Below, piece by piece: positions 1 through 8,647 of a stretch of DNA of 64,000 nt (the first letter of the stretch is position 1; the number at the start of each line of letters is the position of its first letter). The notes below the pieces were generated by a model. That model made no database searches. It was not told the origin of the DNA and saw nothing but the letters and a program-made list of their open reading frames with translations. The translations under genes were made by a program, and so were the position numbers. The stretch spans positions 41,153 to 105,152 of the forward strand of contig JBBRPR010000027.1 in NCBI GenBank assembly GCA_038227875.1, read 5' to 3'. Source of the DNA: Planctomycetota bacterium (GTDB lineage: Bacteria > Planctomycetota > SZUA-567 > H5-PLA8).

Positions 1-2
1 CC

Positions 3-176
3 GGCATCAAAGGCAAACACCCGCTGCTGGGCGAAGTGCGGAGCACCCAGCGCCTGTTCGTCGCCTGCGGCCACTACCGTAATGGCCTGACCCTAGCTCC
101 CGCGACGGCGGAGCTGCTCAACGCTGCGATCCAAGGTCGCGAGACTGCCGTGGGGATTGAGGCGTGGCGGGTGTAG
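3..176 (+). CDS. C-terminal fragment of an FAD-dependent oxidoreductase (glycine oxidase ThiO / D-amino-acid oxidase family); the 5' end lies outside the window
   Basis: Frame-3 translation reads ...GIKGKHPLLGEVRSTQRLFVACGHYRNGLTLAPATAELL...W R V and ends at TAG 174-176. The HYRNG(I/L)xLAP motif is typical of the C-terminus of ThiO/DadA-type flavoproteins. Confidence 0.5.
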   Translation, partial: GIKGKHPLLGEVRSTQRLFVACGHYRNGLTLAPATAELLNAAIQGRETAVGIEAWRV

Positions 177-183
177 CGGATAG

Positions 184-612
184 TTATTGCGTTGGAACCC
201 AAGGCGTGCCGTCTTCATTCAAATAGTCCGGTCCCACTGACATATGAATCCAGAAGTTTCCAAGATCACAGGTAAGAAGCTCATCTGGCGGACCGAGATA
301 CCCCGGCGCACCAAAACTACTCATTATGAATTTGGGCGGCGGGCGAAGTTTTGCGATTACCCTGAGTAGATTTGCCGTAACAGTTCGACCGCGAGCGTAT
401 GAAAAGAGACGCATGCGCTGAGGCGACGTAGTTCCCATCTCAATGTAGAGTGTATTTTGAGGCTTTTGAAAACCGAATTCCTCCACCTTCGATTGAAGTA
501 GTTTTTTCTGTTCGAAGGAATAGCTTGGAAAATGGGTGGTTATTGCTCCAATGAGAGTAATTAGAGCGACGATGATTTGTCTGCCCTTCTTCAGCGCTGG
601 AATATCGCTCAT
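184..612 (-). CDS. Hypothetical protein, C-terminal paralog of the adjacent gene; ends in ...DGTPWVPTQ
   Basis: 142-aa ORF. Its ATG overlaps the stop of the upstream gene (ATGA at 609-612). Its C-terminus matches the ...DPDTNWVPTQ end of the 609..1577 protein. Local GC (about 47%) is below the window average. Confidence 0.5.
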   Translation of the reverse strand: MSDIPALKKGRQIIVALITLIGAITTHFPSYSFEQKKLLQSKVEEFGFQKPQNTLYIEMGTTSPQRMRLFSYARGRTVTANLLRVIAKLRPPPKFIMSSFGAPGYLGPPDELLTCDLGNFWIHMSVGPDYLNEDGTPWVPTQ

Positions 613-1577
613 TGTGTCGGCACCCAGTTTGTATCGGGATCGAATTCGGTCGTTGCCGCAGCGACGAAGGGTGTGTTTGGACCGAGATCGCGCTCAAAGA
701 TGGTTCCGTTCTGATTGATGATGTAGCAAACTCGCCCGGTTTCAGTGTATTTGGATGGAATCGCAATTAGCGCGTATCCAAGCGTCATTTTGCCGCTGGC
801 ATCAATATACGAACGGCGTCCGCCTGGAGCACTGGGGCCTTGGGCCGTGAGTACTTTGAAATAATATCCTGCCTTGGGTTGCATTTTTGAGCCGCCAATC
901 TCCGCGTGCGCGAGCGACGAATCAATGAGCGATAATTTGCCCTTGTCGCCCCATAAAATATTCAGAGAGGTGGCATATTGGATGCCCGTTTCGGAATAAT
1001 CGGTGCGATGATAAACTTCCTGTGCTTCCGCGAAAGCGCTGCAATCCCATGAAGGTCCTCCACAACTGCACGCATATCGCCTCAGCAACAGAGGTGGCGC
1101 GATTGTGCATAGTATTTCACCATACATTGCAATGGATACGAGAAAGAGTGGTAGCTGAGGAACATTGCGGGAGCCGTCCACGCGAGATCGGAGCCTGATC
1201 GTGTATCCTAACAAGACGAAGAGCGGAAGCCCCAAGAGAACAACCTTGAATGCGCGTTCGTGCCAGCCGGTGGAAACAGCGTGTGTGATCACCACTATCC
1301 AGAACGTCAGCATCCAACCCGTAAGGATGCCCCCGATAAACCACATTTTCCGATTCGAACACCCCGATGAACAGGCGATCAAACCTATTAAAGCACCGAC
1401 TCCTGTTCCAAGTATGACAATTAAGCACGCGAGTATTCGGGAGTCCTTACTAACGGTAGGTTCATAGAGCGCCATGCCAAGAAATGTCATCGCCACGAAT
1501 AGCAGTAATTCCGCCAGTGTGAATTGCAGCCGTGCACGTTTGTTCTTAATAGGTAGCGAGTCGACATTATTTGTCAT
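609..1577 (-). CDS. Hypothetical membrane-anchored protein with a pseudopilin-like N-terminus (QFTLAELLLFVAM) and a C-terminal DUF2950-like domain ending WVPTQ
   Basis: 322 aa. The N-terminal hydrophobic segment resembles the type IV pilin N-methylation region but lacks the Gly before Phe. Four predicted TM helices follow, then a soluble C-terminal domain (YYFKVLTAQGPSAPGG...). The gene sits in lower-GC DNA. Confidence 0.55.
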   Translation of the reverse strand: MTNNVDSLPIKNKRARLQFTLAELLLFVAMTFLGMALYEPTVSKDSRILACLIVILGTGVGALIGLIACSSGCSNRKMWFIGGILTGWMLTFWIVVITHAVSTGWHERAFKVVLLGLPLFVLLGYTIRLRSRVDGSRNVPQLPLFLVSIAMYGEILCTIAPPLLLRRYACSCGGPSWDCSAFAEAQEVYHRTDYSETGIQYATSLNILWGDKGKLSLIDSSLAHAEIGGSKMQPKAGYYFKVLTAQGPSAPGGRRSYIDASGKMTLGYALIAIPSKYTETGRVCYIINQNGTIFERDLGPNTPFVAAATTEFDPDTNWVPTQ

Positions 1578-1660
1578 GACAATTAGTTATTAACAAATGC
1601 GTTGCCAAACCGGAGGCAGTGCCTTGGCAGGAGTGAAAGATATCGGTAGATTGGTGAACC

Positions 1661-2338
1661 ATGGCAAGAACCTTGGAAGAATTGATCGAAACAAACGATC
1701 CCGCGTGGCCCGTCCTACAGGAGTGGATCGCGACCGCCGAAGTGCCGGTCGAAGTACTCCCTCCGGATTTAGGGGCGCGCGAGACGTGTTTGCTGGAGAT
1801 ACAAGTAACCACACGCAGTCCCATGGGCGCGGTCGTCTATGAAACCGGCGGGCTGCTCATTGATCATGGCTGGCTCCGCGTTCTCGGTTCCGGTCATCCT
1901 CGTTTCCCGCGCACACTTCCCGGTTGGAACGCTTTCGCGCGCAAAGAATTGGAGGCGGATGATCCCGGATTCCTCTTTATTGCCGACGATGTTTTGGGCG
2001 GCTTCTTTGCATTGGATTGTGGCGGGTTGGGTGACGCTAAGGGCGAAGTGTTCTACTTTGGACCTGATACGTTGCGATGGGAAAATCTGGAGGTGAAATA
2101 CAGTGCCTTCCTTCAGCAGATGATGAGCGCATCATTACAAAAATTCTACTCAAACGTGCGGTGGGATGGTTGGGAAACGGAAGTATCCAGCGTTCAAGGC
2201 GCGCGATCAATCATGATGTATCCATTTCTTTGGACCACGGAAGGTAAAGATCCGTCGAAAAATAAACGATCAACCGTTCCAATCACTGAAACGTTTGGAT
2301 TGCACCTCATTGAATTTCCTAAACAATTGGGCTCCTGA
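1661..2338 (+). CDS. Conserved hypothetical protein, possibly DUF2625-like
   Basis: 225-aa ORF with good coding character (YFGPDTLRWENLEVKYSAFLQQMMSASLQKFY). It is transcribed divergently from the 609..1577 gene. Confidence 0.55.
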   Translation: MARTLEELIETNDPAWPVLQEWIATAEVPVEVLPPDLGARETCLLEIQVTTRSPMGAVVYETGGLLIDHGWLRVLGSGHPRFPRTLPGWNAFARKELEADDPGFLFIADDVLGGFFALDCGGLGDAKGEVFYFGPDTLRWENLEVKYSAFLQQMMSASLQKFYSNVRWDGWETEVSSVQGARSIMMYPFLWTTEGKDPSKNKRSTVPITETFGLHLIEFPKQLGS

Positions 2339-2572
2339 ATGCTCTGGAGTTACGCATTCCCACGGCTCACGCCGTGGGCTACTTTATTTCGCCACTCCGT
2401 GGCAAATGATGGATTGTTTTCTCGGAGTTAATCGCGATTCCACTGCGATCGCACTGGCAAGGCCGGAGTTTCGCTTCGCTCAAATCCATCCGTGCCAGTG
2501 GTACCAGGATCTCTCGGTAAAGCGGTGACTCTCCGCTCCCAAGAGCCACGAGCTAACAGCCAAGAGCCGCCG

Positions 2573-4084
2573 CTACGCACCGACCATTGCGCGGCCTACC
2601 GCTTCCTTTGCCACGCCGCGGGGGCCGACTTCTTTGATCTTGCCGCGGTAGAGGACGCTGACGCGGTCAGAAAGCAGGAGGATTTCGTCGAGGTCGGAGG
2701 AGATCAGTAACACGCCGGCTTGCTGTTCGCGCGCGGCGGTGAGCAGACGCTGATGCACGTCGCCGGTGGCCCCGACGTCCAGGCCGCGCGTCGGATTGCA
2801 GGCGACGATCAGCGCGGGGGCGCAGGAGAGTTCGCGGGCGATCACGACTTTCTGCTGGTTGCCGCCGCTGAGTGAACGCGCGGGAAGATCGGGCTCCGGC
2901 GGGACGGCGCCGTAGTCGCGGAGCAGCTCGGCACCGCGCGAGGTCATCGCGGCGTGATCGAGAATCGCGACGCTGGCAAAGTTGCGCGTCAGTTGCTTGC
3001 GCGCGAACAGATTTTCGCTCAGCGAAAAATCGAGCACCAGGCCCTCGTGATGGCGGTCGGACGGAATGTACGCCAGCCCCGCGTCGCTGCGCGATTTTAC
3101 GGAGAGCGCGGCCAGCGGTTGGCTGCGCATGTCGATCGCGGCACTGGAGTCAAGTGGGTGAGGAAGCGTGCCGGCGATCGCGGCGGCGAGTTCCTCCTGG
3201 CCGTTGCCTTCGACGCCGGCGATGCCCAGAATCTCTCCGGGGCGGATTTCGAGCTGATCGATGTCGAGTACCCCAGGAAGGCGCAGGTTGCGGACGGAGA
3301 GCACCGGTGCCGTGTTCGGCGAGACGGATTGCGTGGCGACTGGCGTGGTCGGCAGCGCGCGTCCGATCATCTTTTCAGCGAGGGTCGCGGGCGTCAGGTC
3401 GCTGAGCATGCCGGAGAAAACCGTCTTTCCCCGGCGCAGCACGGTCGTGGCGCTGGCCAGCGCGAAGACTTCGTCGAGCTTGTGGGTGACGACGACGATG
3501 GTGCGGCCGGCGGCGCGCAGACCGCGGAGCGTTTCAAAAAGCGTCGCCACTTCCGGCGGAGCGAGCACGGCGGTCGGTTCGTCGAGGAGCAGAATTTTGG
3601 CACCGCGGCCGAGCGCCTTTAAGATCTCGACGCGCTGCCGCAGGCCGACGGGCAGGTCGGCGACGCGCGCGGCCGGATCGATCGCCAGGCCCGTCTGCTG
3701 CGCGAGCTCGGCGACGTGCTTTTCCGCGGTGCGCCGGTCGAAGCGCAGACCCAGCGGACTGGCGCGGATGCCCAGCGCCACGTTCTCGGCGACGGTGAGC
3801 GCATCGGCGAGGAGGAAATGTTGATGAACCACACCGATGCCGGCGGCGACGGCATCCAGCGGCGAGGAGAAATTCGCGGTCGTGCCGAAGACGCTGCAGG
3901 TGCCGGCGTCGGGCTGGAGCAATCCCGAGACGATGCCCAGCAGCGTCGACTTTCCGGCTCCGTTCTCGCCGACGAGCGCGTGAATCTGCGCGACTTCGAC
4001 GCGCAAACTGGCGTCGTCGAGCGCCGTGTTGCTGCCGAAGCGCTTGGTGATGCCGGTGCAGACGAGTGCGGGCGCGTCGCTCAT
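2573..4084 (-). CDS. ABC transporter ATP-binding protein with two fused ATPase domains (sugar-importer RbsA/MglA/XylG type)
   Basis: 503 aa. The first domain carries Walker A GENGAGKST, and an LSGGNQQKVVIARELS signature follows the second ATPase domain. The start ATG overlaps the rhomboid stop (ATGA at 4081-4084). Confidence 0.85.
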   Translation of the reverse strand: MSDAPALVCTGITKRFGSNTALDDASLRVEVAQIHALVGENGAGKSTLLGIVSGLLQPDAGTCSVFGTTANFSSPLDAVAAGIGVVHQHFLLADALTVAENVALGIRASPLGLRFDRRTAEKHVAELAQQTGLAIDPAARVADLPVGLRQRVEILKALGRGAKILLLDEPTAVLAPPEVATLFETLRGLRAAGRTIVVVTHKLDEVFALASATTVLRRGKTVFSGMLSDLTPATLAEKMIGRALPTTPVATQSVSPNTAPVLSVRNLRLPGVLDIDQLEIRPGEILGIAGVEGNGQEELAAAIAGTLPHPLDSSAAIDMRSQPLAALSVKSRSDAGLAYIPSDRHHEGLVLDFSLSENLFARKQLTRNFASVAILDHAAMTSRGAELLRDYGAVPPEPDLPARSLSGGNQQKVVIARELSCAPALIVACNPTRGLDVGATGDVHQRLLTAAREQQAGVLLISSDLDEILLLSDRVSVLYRGKIKEVGPRGVAKEAVGRAMVGA

Positions 4085-5016
4085 TCGTTGCGCCGTTCAT
4101 TCAAAACCGCGTTGGCGACGCTGCGCGGTAAGTAAATGTAGCCTTCGTCGGCGGCCTGTTCGGCATTCCAGCGTTTCAATTTATACTGCTCGATCATGAA
4201 CTCGACGAGGCGCTCTTTGTGCCAGGGTTTCGACCAGACGACAGCCTGATCGAATTCCTTCTGCTGGAGCGCCGTGTCACCGGCGTCACCCGCCAGCGCG
4301 CCCATGTGAAGATGATAGTACGGGCTGAAGATCGTCCAGCGCGCGGCGGCCACCACGCTTCCCAGCAGGACCGCGACGGTCAGTACAAGCGGAAGCGCGA
4401 GTCGTCGCTGCTTTCTCCAGATTTCAAAGAAGCCGCCGATGATCAGTCCGAAAACCAGTCCCCCGAGATGGCCCCAGTTGTCGACATTGCCCAACATTCC
4501 GCACACGCCGGCGAGGTACATCAGGACGATCCAGAACGTATGCCCACGGACTTCCGAATTGCGGTACGCGTACTTGAGCACCGGTACGCGCAGAATCGTC
4601 AGGGCCAGCAGCGCGCCCATCACGCCAAAAAGGCTGGTCGATGCGCCGATGGAATGATGGCCGCCGAAAATCTGGCTGAAGGCGATTCCTCCCACGCCGC
4701 TGAGCAGATAGAGCGTGCCGTAGTTTGCATGGCCGTACTGGACCTCCGTCGCCGGGCCGTAGCGGTAGAGGGCGATGGTGTTCAGGGCGATGTGCCAGAA
4801 TCCGCCGTGCAGAAACATCGGCATGATCATGCGGAACCATTCGCCCTGCCAGACGCGTTCGCGAACACTCATGCCCAGGCCGAGCAGTACGTCACTGTTG
4901 ACCGTGCCGAGATTTCCAGAGGCGATGCCGCAGTAAATGAAAAGCAGAATGTTGACGCTCAGCAGCAGCATCGCAACGGGCGCGATAGCGAACAGATCGG
5001 CGTTGCGCGAATTCAT
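4081..5016 (-). CDS. Rhomboid family intramembrane serine protease
   Basis: Multi-TM protein with a GxSx motif (IGASTSLFGVMGA) and a downstream GHLGGLVFG histidine motif. I chose the ATG at 5016 because it forms an ATGA overlap with the upstream gene's stop. The longer ORF reaching 5118 is an alternative start. Confidence 0.75.
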   Translation of the reverse strand: MNSRNADLFAIAPVAMLLLSVNILLFIYCGIASGNLGTVNSDVLLGLGMSVRERVWQGEWFRMIMPMFLHGGFWHIALNTIALYRYGPATEVQYGHANYGTLYLLSGVGGIAFSQIFGGHHSIGASTSLFGVMGALLALTILRVPVLKYAYRNSEVRGHTFWIVLMYLAGVCGMLGNVDNWGHLGGLVFGLIIGGFFEIWRKQRRLALPLVLTVAVLLGSVVAAARWTIFSPYYHLHMGALAGDAGDTALQQKEFDQAVVWSKPWHKERLVEFMIEQYKLKRWNAEQAADEGYIYLPRSVANAVLNERRNE

Positions 5017-5675
5017 TTTCGGCGCGCATCCCGCAGGCGCTGCGCGGCGGCAACCTTCAGCCCGGCCAGCCAGATCGGAAACGACGCCAGAAGACCAAAC
5101 AGACTGCAGTACAGCCATGCGTTGGCGTTGACAGCGGCGTTGGCTATCTCCATTGTTATTTCCGGCTGCCCGGGTTGGATGTGCTTGTTGATCTCGGTCA
5201 GCATTTCAGGGCTAATTCTGAAGACGTAGCCCAGTTGCGAGAGCAGCGGCATTGACAACGCGACCGTCAATCCCGCCGCCAGAAAAACGGTGAACGGGCC
5301 CGTGCGCATTTGCATGCGGCTGAAGGTCAGGCCGGCAATGAGCACGATATCGAAGACGACGGCGAATCCCGCGATGTCCTCCTGGCCGAGCATCATCACC
5401 ATCAAAAAAATCATCCACGACGTCGTGGCCATCACCGCGAAACGCGCGATGGAGCGCCAGATCGCGTCGGGTTCGGCCGGAGCACGGGGCCTGGGATTGA
5501 GGCGCGCGGGTGAAAATTCCTGGCCCGGCTCGCTGGGCGTCATCTCCACAGGCTGGGATGTTTGCGGAATGACGTTGCCCGTGCGGCATTCGGGACAATT
5601 CACGTGCTGACCCGCGAACTGGTCCTGCGCAAACATTTTCTTCCCGCATTTGGAGCATGTAAAATGGATTGGCAT
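5013..5675 (-). CDS. Membrane protein with an N-terminal zinc-ribbon (CxxC...CxxC) and four to five TM helices
   Basis: Start MPIHFTCSKCGKKMFAQDQFAGQHVNCPECRTG, followed by hydrophobic helices. The stop overlaps the rhomboid start. The ORF track extends it to 5939, but the N-terminal extension is low-complexity and Arg-rich. Confidence 0.55.
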   Translation of the reverse strand: MPIHFTCSKCGKKMFAQDQFAGQHVNCPECRTGNVIPQTSQPVEMTPSEPGQEFSPARLNPRPRAPAEPDAIWRSIARFAVMATTSWMIFLMVMMLGQEDIAGFAVVFDIVLIAGLTFSRMQMRTGPFTVFLAAGLTVALSMPLLSQLGYVFRISPEMLTEINKHIQPGQPEITMEIANAAVNANAWLYCSLFGLLASFPIWLAGLKVAAAQRLRDARRK

Positions 5676-5794
5676 TGGATACGTGGGTCTCACCCGGAGT
5701 TGGACTTCCGCTTCATTATCTGCGGCGGGTGCGGCGTGTCGAGTGGGGATGCTTGTTGGAGGTGTGGAACCTGGGGACGAATTCGTCTCCAGGT

Positions 5795-7114
5795 CTATTT
5801 GCGTCCGAAGACGAACACTTCCATGTGGCGCAGCGATTTGACCGCGAGATCGGCGAGATTGGCCAGGCCGATGGCGCTGAGTTCTCCCTTGTCCAGCGCG
5901 GCCGCGTTGTCCTTGTACGCGAAGGCGATGTCGACCCACGGCGCGCCGGTCTGCCTGCTGGCCGTCGCGGCGGCGGAATAGAGTCGATCGAGATTGGTGC
6001 GGTCCTTGGCGATGGAGGTCATTCCCGGCGGCGCGTTGCAGACGATCGGAATCACGCCGCTTTCCAGGGCGCGCTCCTGGATCACGCGGATCGTTTCGCT
6101 GCCCGGCGTGACTCCGTCGGCGACATCCGAATGGCCCAGCACCAGCAGCGCCATTTCCGCTTCGCTTTTTTGAAGATTATACTGGAGCAGCGTGTGCATG
6201 TCCTCCAGACCGGTGACGGGCGAACCGTCGGGAGCTTCGGCGAAGACAAAGCGGAATTCGGATTTGGCTTTCGTCTGCGCGGCGGTGAGCGCAGCTTTCA
6301 GCGGCTCGACGTCTTCCGTGCGCGACGCGAGCACCAGCACGGTCTTGGCCTTGCGCTTGCCGCGGGGAGACTTGATGGCGTTCTGCAGCGCTTCCTGTCC
6401 AATGTAGTTGAACGAATATCCATCGCGTGGGGCCATGCGGAAGACTTCGCTGCGCTTGTTTTCCACGGCCAGCAGGCGCGGCAGGACTTCGGGCGGCCGG
6501 AGGCCGTTAATGATCACAAATTCGTCGATGTAGACGGCAGTCTGCTTCGGTGTGTTCGGTTTAAACGCCACGCGGATCTGATTCAGAACTCCGGTTTCCC
6601 TCATGATCTGATGGCCGTTGTACAGTTCGGCGAGATCCATGCTGATCGTCGTCCACGTCTGCGCTTTGCCGACGGAAGTAGTCTCCGAAAACCAGCCCTT
6701 GTCGTCGCCCATGCTGGTGACGACTTTTCCGGTGGCCTCGGCCCAGATCATGAACTGCAGTTTCACGTCCGACGGGCGCAGCCCGCCCATTAGATGGAAC
6801 GGACCCAGGCCGGAGATGTTGGCTTCGCCGCGGGTGCTCTGTTCTTTTTCTTCGAAGGCGGCGAGCTTGAGGGCGTGCGAGCCGGGTGTCTGCACGACTT
6901 TGTCCTGAATCGTGCCGATGTTCCAGATGCCCGGGCCTTCGCCTTCGAAGGATTCAAAATAAAGGACCTCGGGTATTTCCTTGTACGGGCGCCACGGTTT
7001 GGGCGGATCCTTTTTCACAGGCGGATCGTCGGGCGGCGGTGTCGCTCCGAAGACAGATAAGGGGAGCGCGGTCAGCGCCAGGAGAATCGCGGCGAGCAGG
7101 CGGCGCGGCATCAT
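5795..7114 (-). CDS. Secreted protein with an N-terminal beta-sandwich (CBM-like) and a C-terminal SGNH-hydrolase-like domain
   Basis: 439 aa with a signal peptide MMPRRLLAAILLALTALPLSVFG and a LVLGHSDVADG block. It is a paralog of the upstream gene in the same arrangement. Confidence 0.5.
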   Translation of the reverse strand: MMPRRLLAAILLALTALPLSVFGATPPPDDPPVKKDPPKPWRPYKEIPEVLYFESFEGEGPGIWNIGTIQDKVVQTPGSHALKLAAFEEKEQSTRGEANISGLGPFHLMGGLRPSDVKLQFMIWAEATGKVVTSMGDDKGWFSETTSVGKAQTWTTISMDLAELYNGHQIMRETGVLNQIRVAFKPNTPKQTAVYIDEFVIINGLRPPEVLPRLLAVENKRSEVFRMAPRDGYSFNYIGQEALQNAIKSPRGKRKAKTVLVLASRTEDVEPLKAALTAAQTKAKSEFRFVFAEAPDGSPVTGLEDMHTLLQYNLQKSEAEMALLVLGHSDVADGVTPGSETIRVIQERALESGVIPIVCNAPPGMTSIAKDRTNLDRLYSAAATASRQTGAPWVDIAFAYKDNAAALDKGELSAIGLANLADLAVKSLRHMEVFVFGRK

Positions 7115-8271
7115 TCGTCACGCACCTTTCCCGCGCCGCCGTGCGTTTTGTCATCCGGCGCGTCTTTGGAGTCGCGGCCAAAAATGTGCTTCGCGGCCAG
7201 CATGGCCAGATCACCGATGCGCGCGGATGTCGCTCCGCCGGCCGCGCCTAATTCCATCACGGGGCAGTGCACGACATCGGCGGCGTGTAGCATCGCGGCG
7301 CGGACGACATCCTTCTCTTCGTTATTCACACCGACCGGCACGACGAGCACCGGAACAGCGCCGAGGCGCAGACAGACCTTGGCGAGATCCTCCCAATCAA
7401 TCCGTTCCAGGCCGGGAGGTTTGCGCGTGGGGTTGCCGTCGCCGATCAGGTAGACGATTTCCGGCTTGTCGCGGCCGATGGCTTCGGGCAGCACGGCCAG
7501 GAGCGTGCGTGGCGTCGCGTCGAGTTCCTTGGCGGTCTTCGCGGTCCAGCCGGCGGGTGGTTTGCCGTCGAGTTCCGGAATCGGCAGCCCGGGTCCGGCA
7601 AACATCATGACGCCCGGTGTGGCCTTGCTCTTTTCATGGCCCTTCTGCATTGCTTCGGCCACATCCGGTCCGAACGCGACGCCGCCCATGTCCATCTTGC
7701 GGGCTGGCGCTTTCGACGCGGCTTCGGCGAGTTGTTCCTGGCGCGTGTCGGGATCGATTTCCACACTGACAGTGCCGAACTGAACTTCACCCGCGGCGAG
7801 ATTGAGCGTGAGATTGACGCAGGCCATCGCGGAGTCCTTGTCGACGGCAGCCAGCAGCGAAAGGCGCTGCCATTCCTTGTTGTCGGACGCGGGAACCTTG
7901 GTCAGCACCTTGTCGGTGCCTTCGTGGTCCTTGGTGATGAACTTGAGCTGCGGTACGCCGTCGGGTTTGCCGTCGACCGGCTTGAGCGCAACCGGCACGC
8001 GCACGAACGCCACGATGCGAAGGTTGTGCCCGGCGACTTTGTTTAGATCCAACTGCATGGAGAGTTCCGGGTCGTCTCCGCCGCGCTGTGAGATTTTGAG
8101 CACTTTGCCACGGGTCGCGTCAGGAATGATCGCGAACTCGCCACGGAAGGTGGAGTAGCCGGTCGGGAGCGCTTTCAGATCGAGCTTATCGAAATCTTCA
8201 TTAAGCACGATCTCGCCTGCGCTGAGCGTGCGAAAGAGCATAAATAGCGGAACCCACGCGAGAATTCTCAT
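7111..8271 (-). CDS. Secreted paralog of the 5795..7114 protein (CBM-like plus SGNH-like)
   Basis: 386 aa with a signal peptide and a YLIGDGNP block. Its stop overlaps the next ATG (ATGA at 7111-7114). Confidence 0.5.
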   Translation of the reverse strand: MRILAWVPLFMLFRTLSAGEIVLNEDFDKLDLKALPTGYSTFRGEFAIIPDATRGKVLKISQRGGDDPELSMQLDLNKVAGHNLRIVAFVRVPVALKPVDGKPDGVPQLKFITKDHEGTDKVLTKVPASDNKEWQRLSLLAAVDKDSAMACVNLTLNLAAGEVQFGTVSVEIDPDTRQEQLAEAASKAPARKMDMGGVAFGPDVAEAMQKGHEKSKATPGVMMFAGPGLPIPELDGKPPAGWTAKTAKELDATPRTLLAVLPEAIGRDKPEIVYLIGDGNPTRKPPGLERIDWEDLAKVCLRLGAVPVLVVPVGVNNEEKDVVRAAMLHAADVVHCPVMELGAAGGATSARIGDLAMLAAKHIFGRDSKDAPDDKTHGGAGKVRDE

Positions 8272-8319
8272 TGGCTACGACTGTAACCTCGCTGGGGCCG
8301 AATGGCAATGGTCCCGTTC

Positions 8320-8468
8320 GTAGTCCGGGCGTCTGACGTCTTCGTTGGAAAGTTCAGGTGGATTGCGAAGCAATAATGAAGCGTGCTTTCGCGCAAAAGC
8401 GAGACTTTCGAAAGGATGTCGCTTCGTCGCAAAGGCTGCAGTTAGACCGGGCGAGACACCCGGACTAC
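8320..8468. repeat. Pair of inverted copies of a 25-nt hairpin repeat (GTAGTCCGGGCGTCT[CGCCCGGTCT]) in the divergent leader between the 7111..8271 gene and hss
   Basis: A partial copy lies at 8320-8340 on the plus strand and a full copy at 8444-8468 on the minus strand. The same 25-mer recurs at 63645-63669. Confidence 0.75.
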
Positions 8469-8647
8469 AAAAAAACTTGCGTTCCTATTTTAATTTTGTG
8501 TCTACTACCTTGACAATGCCGCACAAATAACGTTATTGAAGAATCTTCAAAACGCATGCGCAGCGAACTCACTTTTCCGCGGGCAAAATTGCCGGCGCAG
8601 GCGCGTGTTTGAAGGGTCCGGGAAGTACGGAGGCTTGAGAAAAACCG

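Noticed and set aside
5669-6793. 374-aa plus-strand ORF overlapping the secreted 5795..7114 gene
   Set aside because: It is opposite the strand of a gene with a signal peptide and coherent domains, and its composition is Arg/Gly-rich. The same reasoning applies to 21870..23456 plus, 52556..54217 plus, 56760..57539 minus, 58376..59188 minus, 59801..60528 minus, 62859..63812 minus and the many short GC-rich ORFs in the track.
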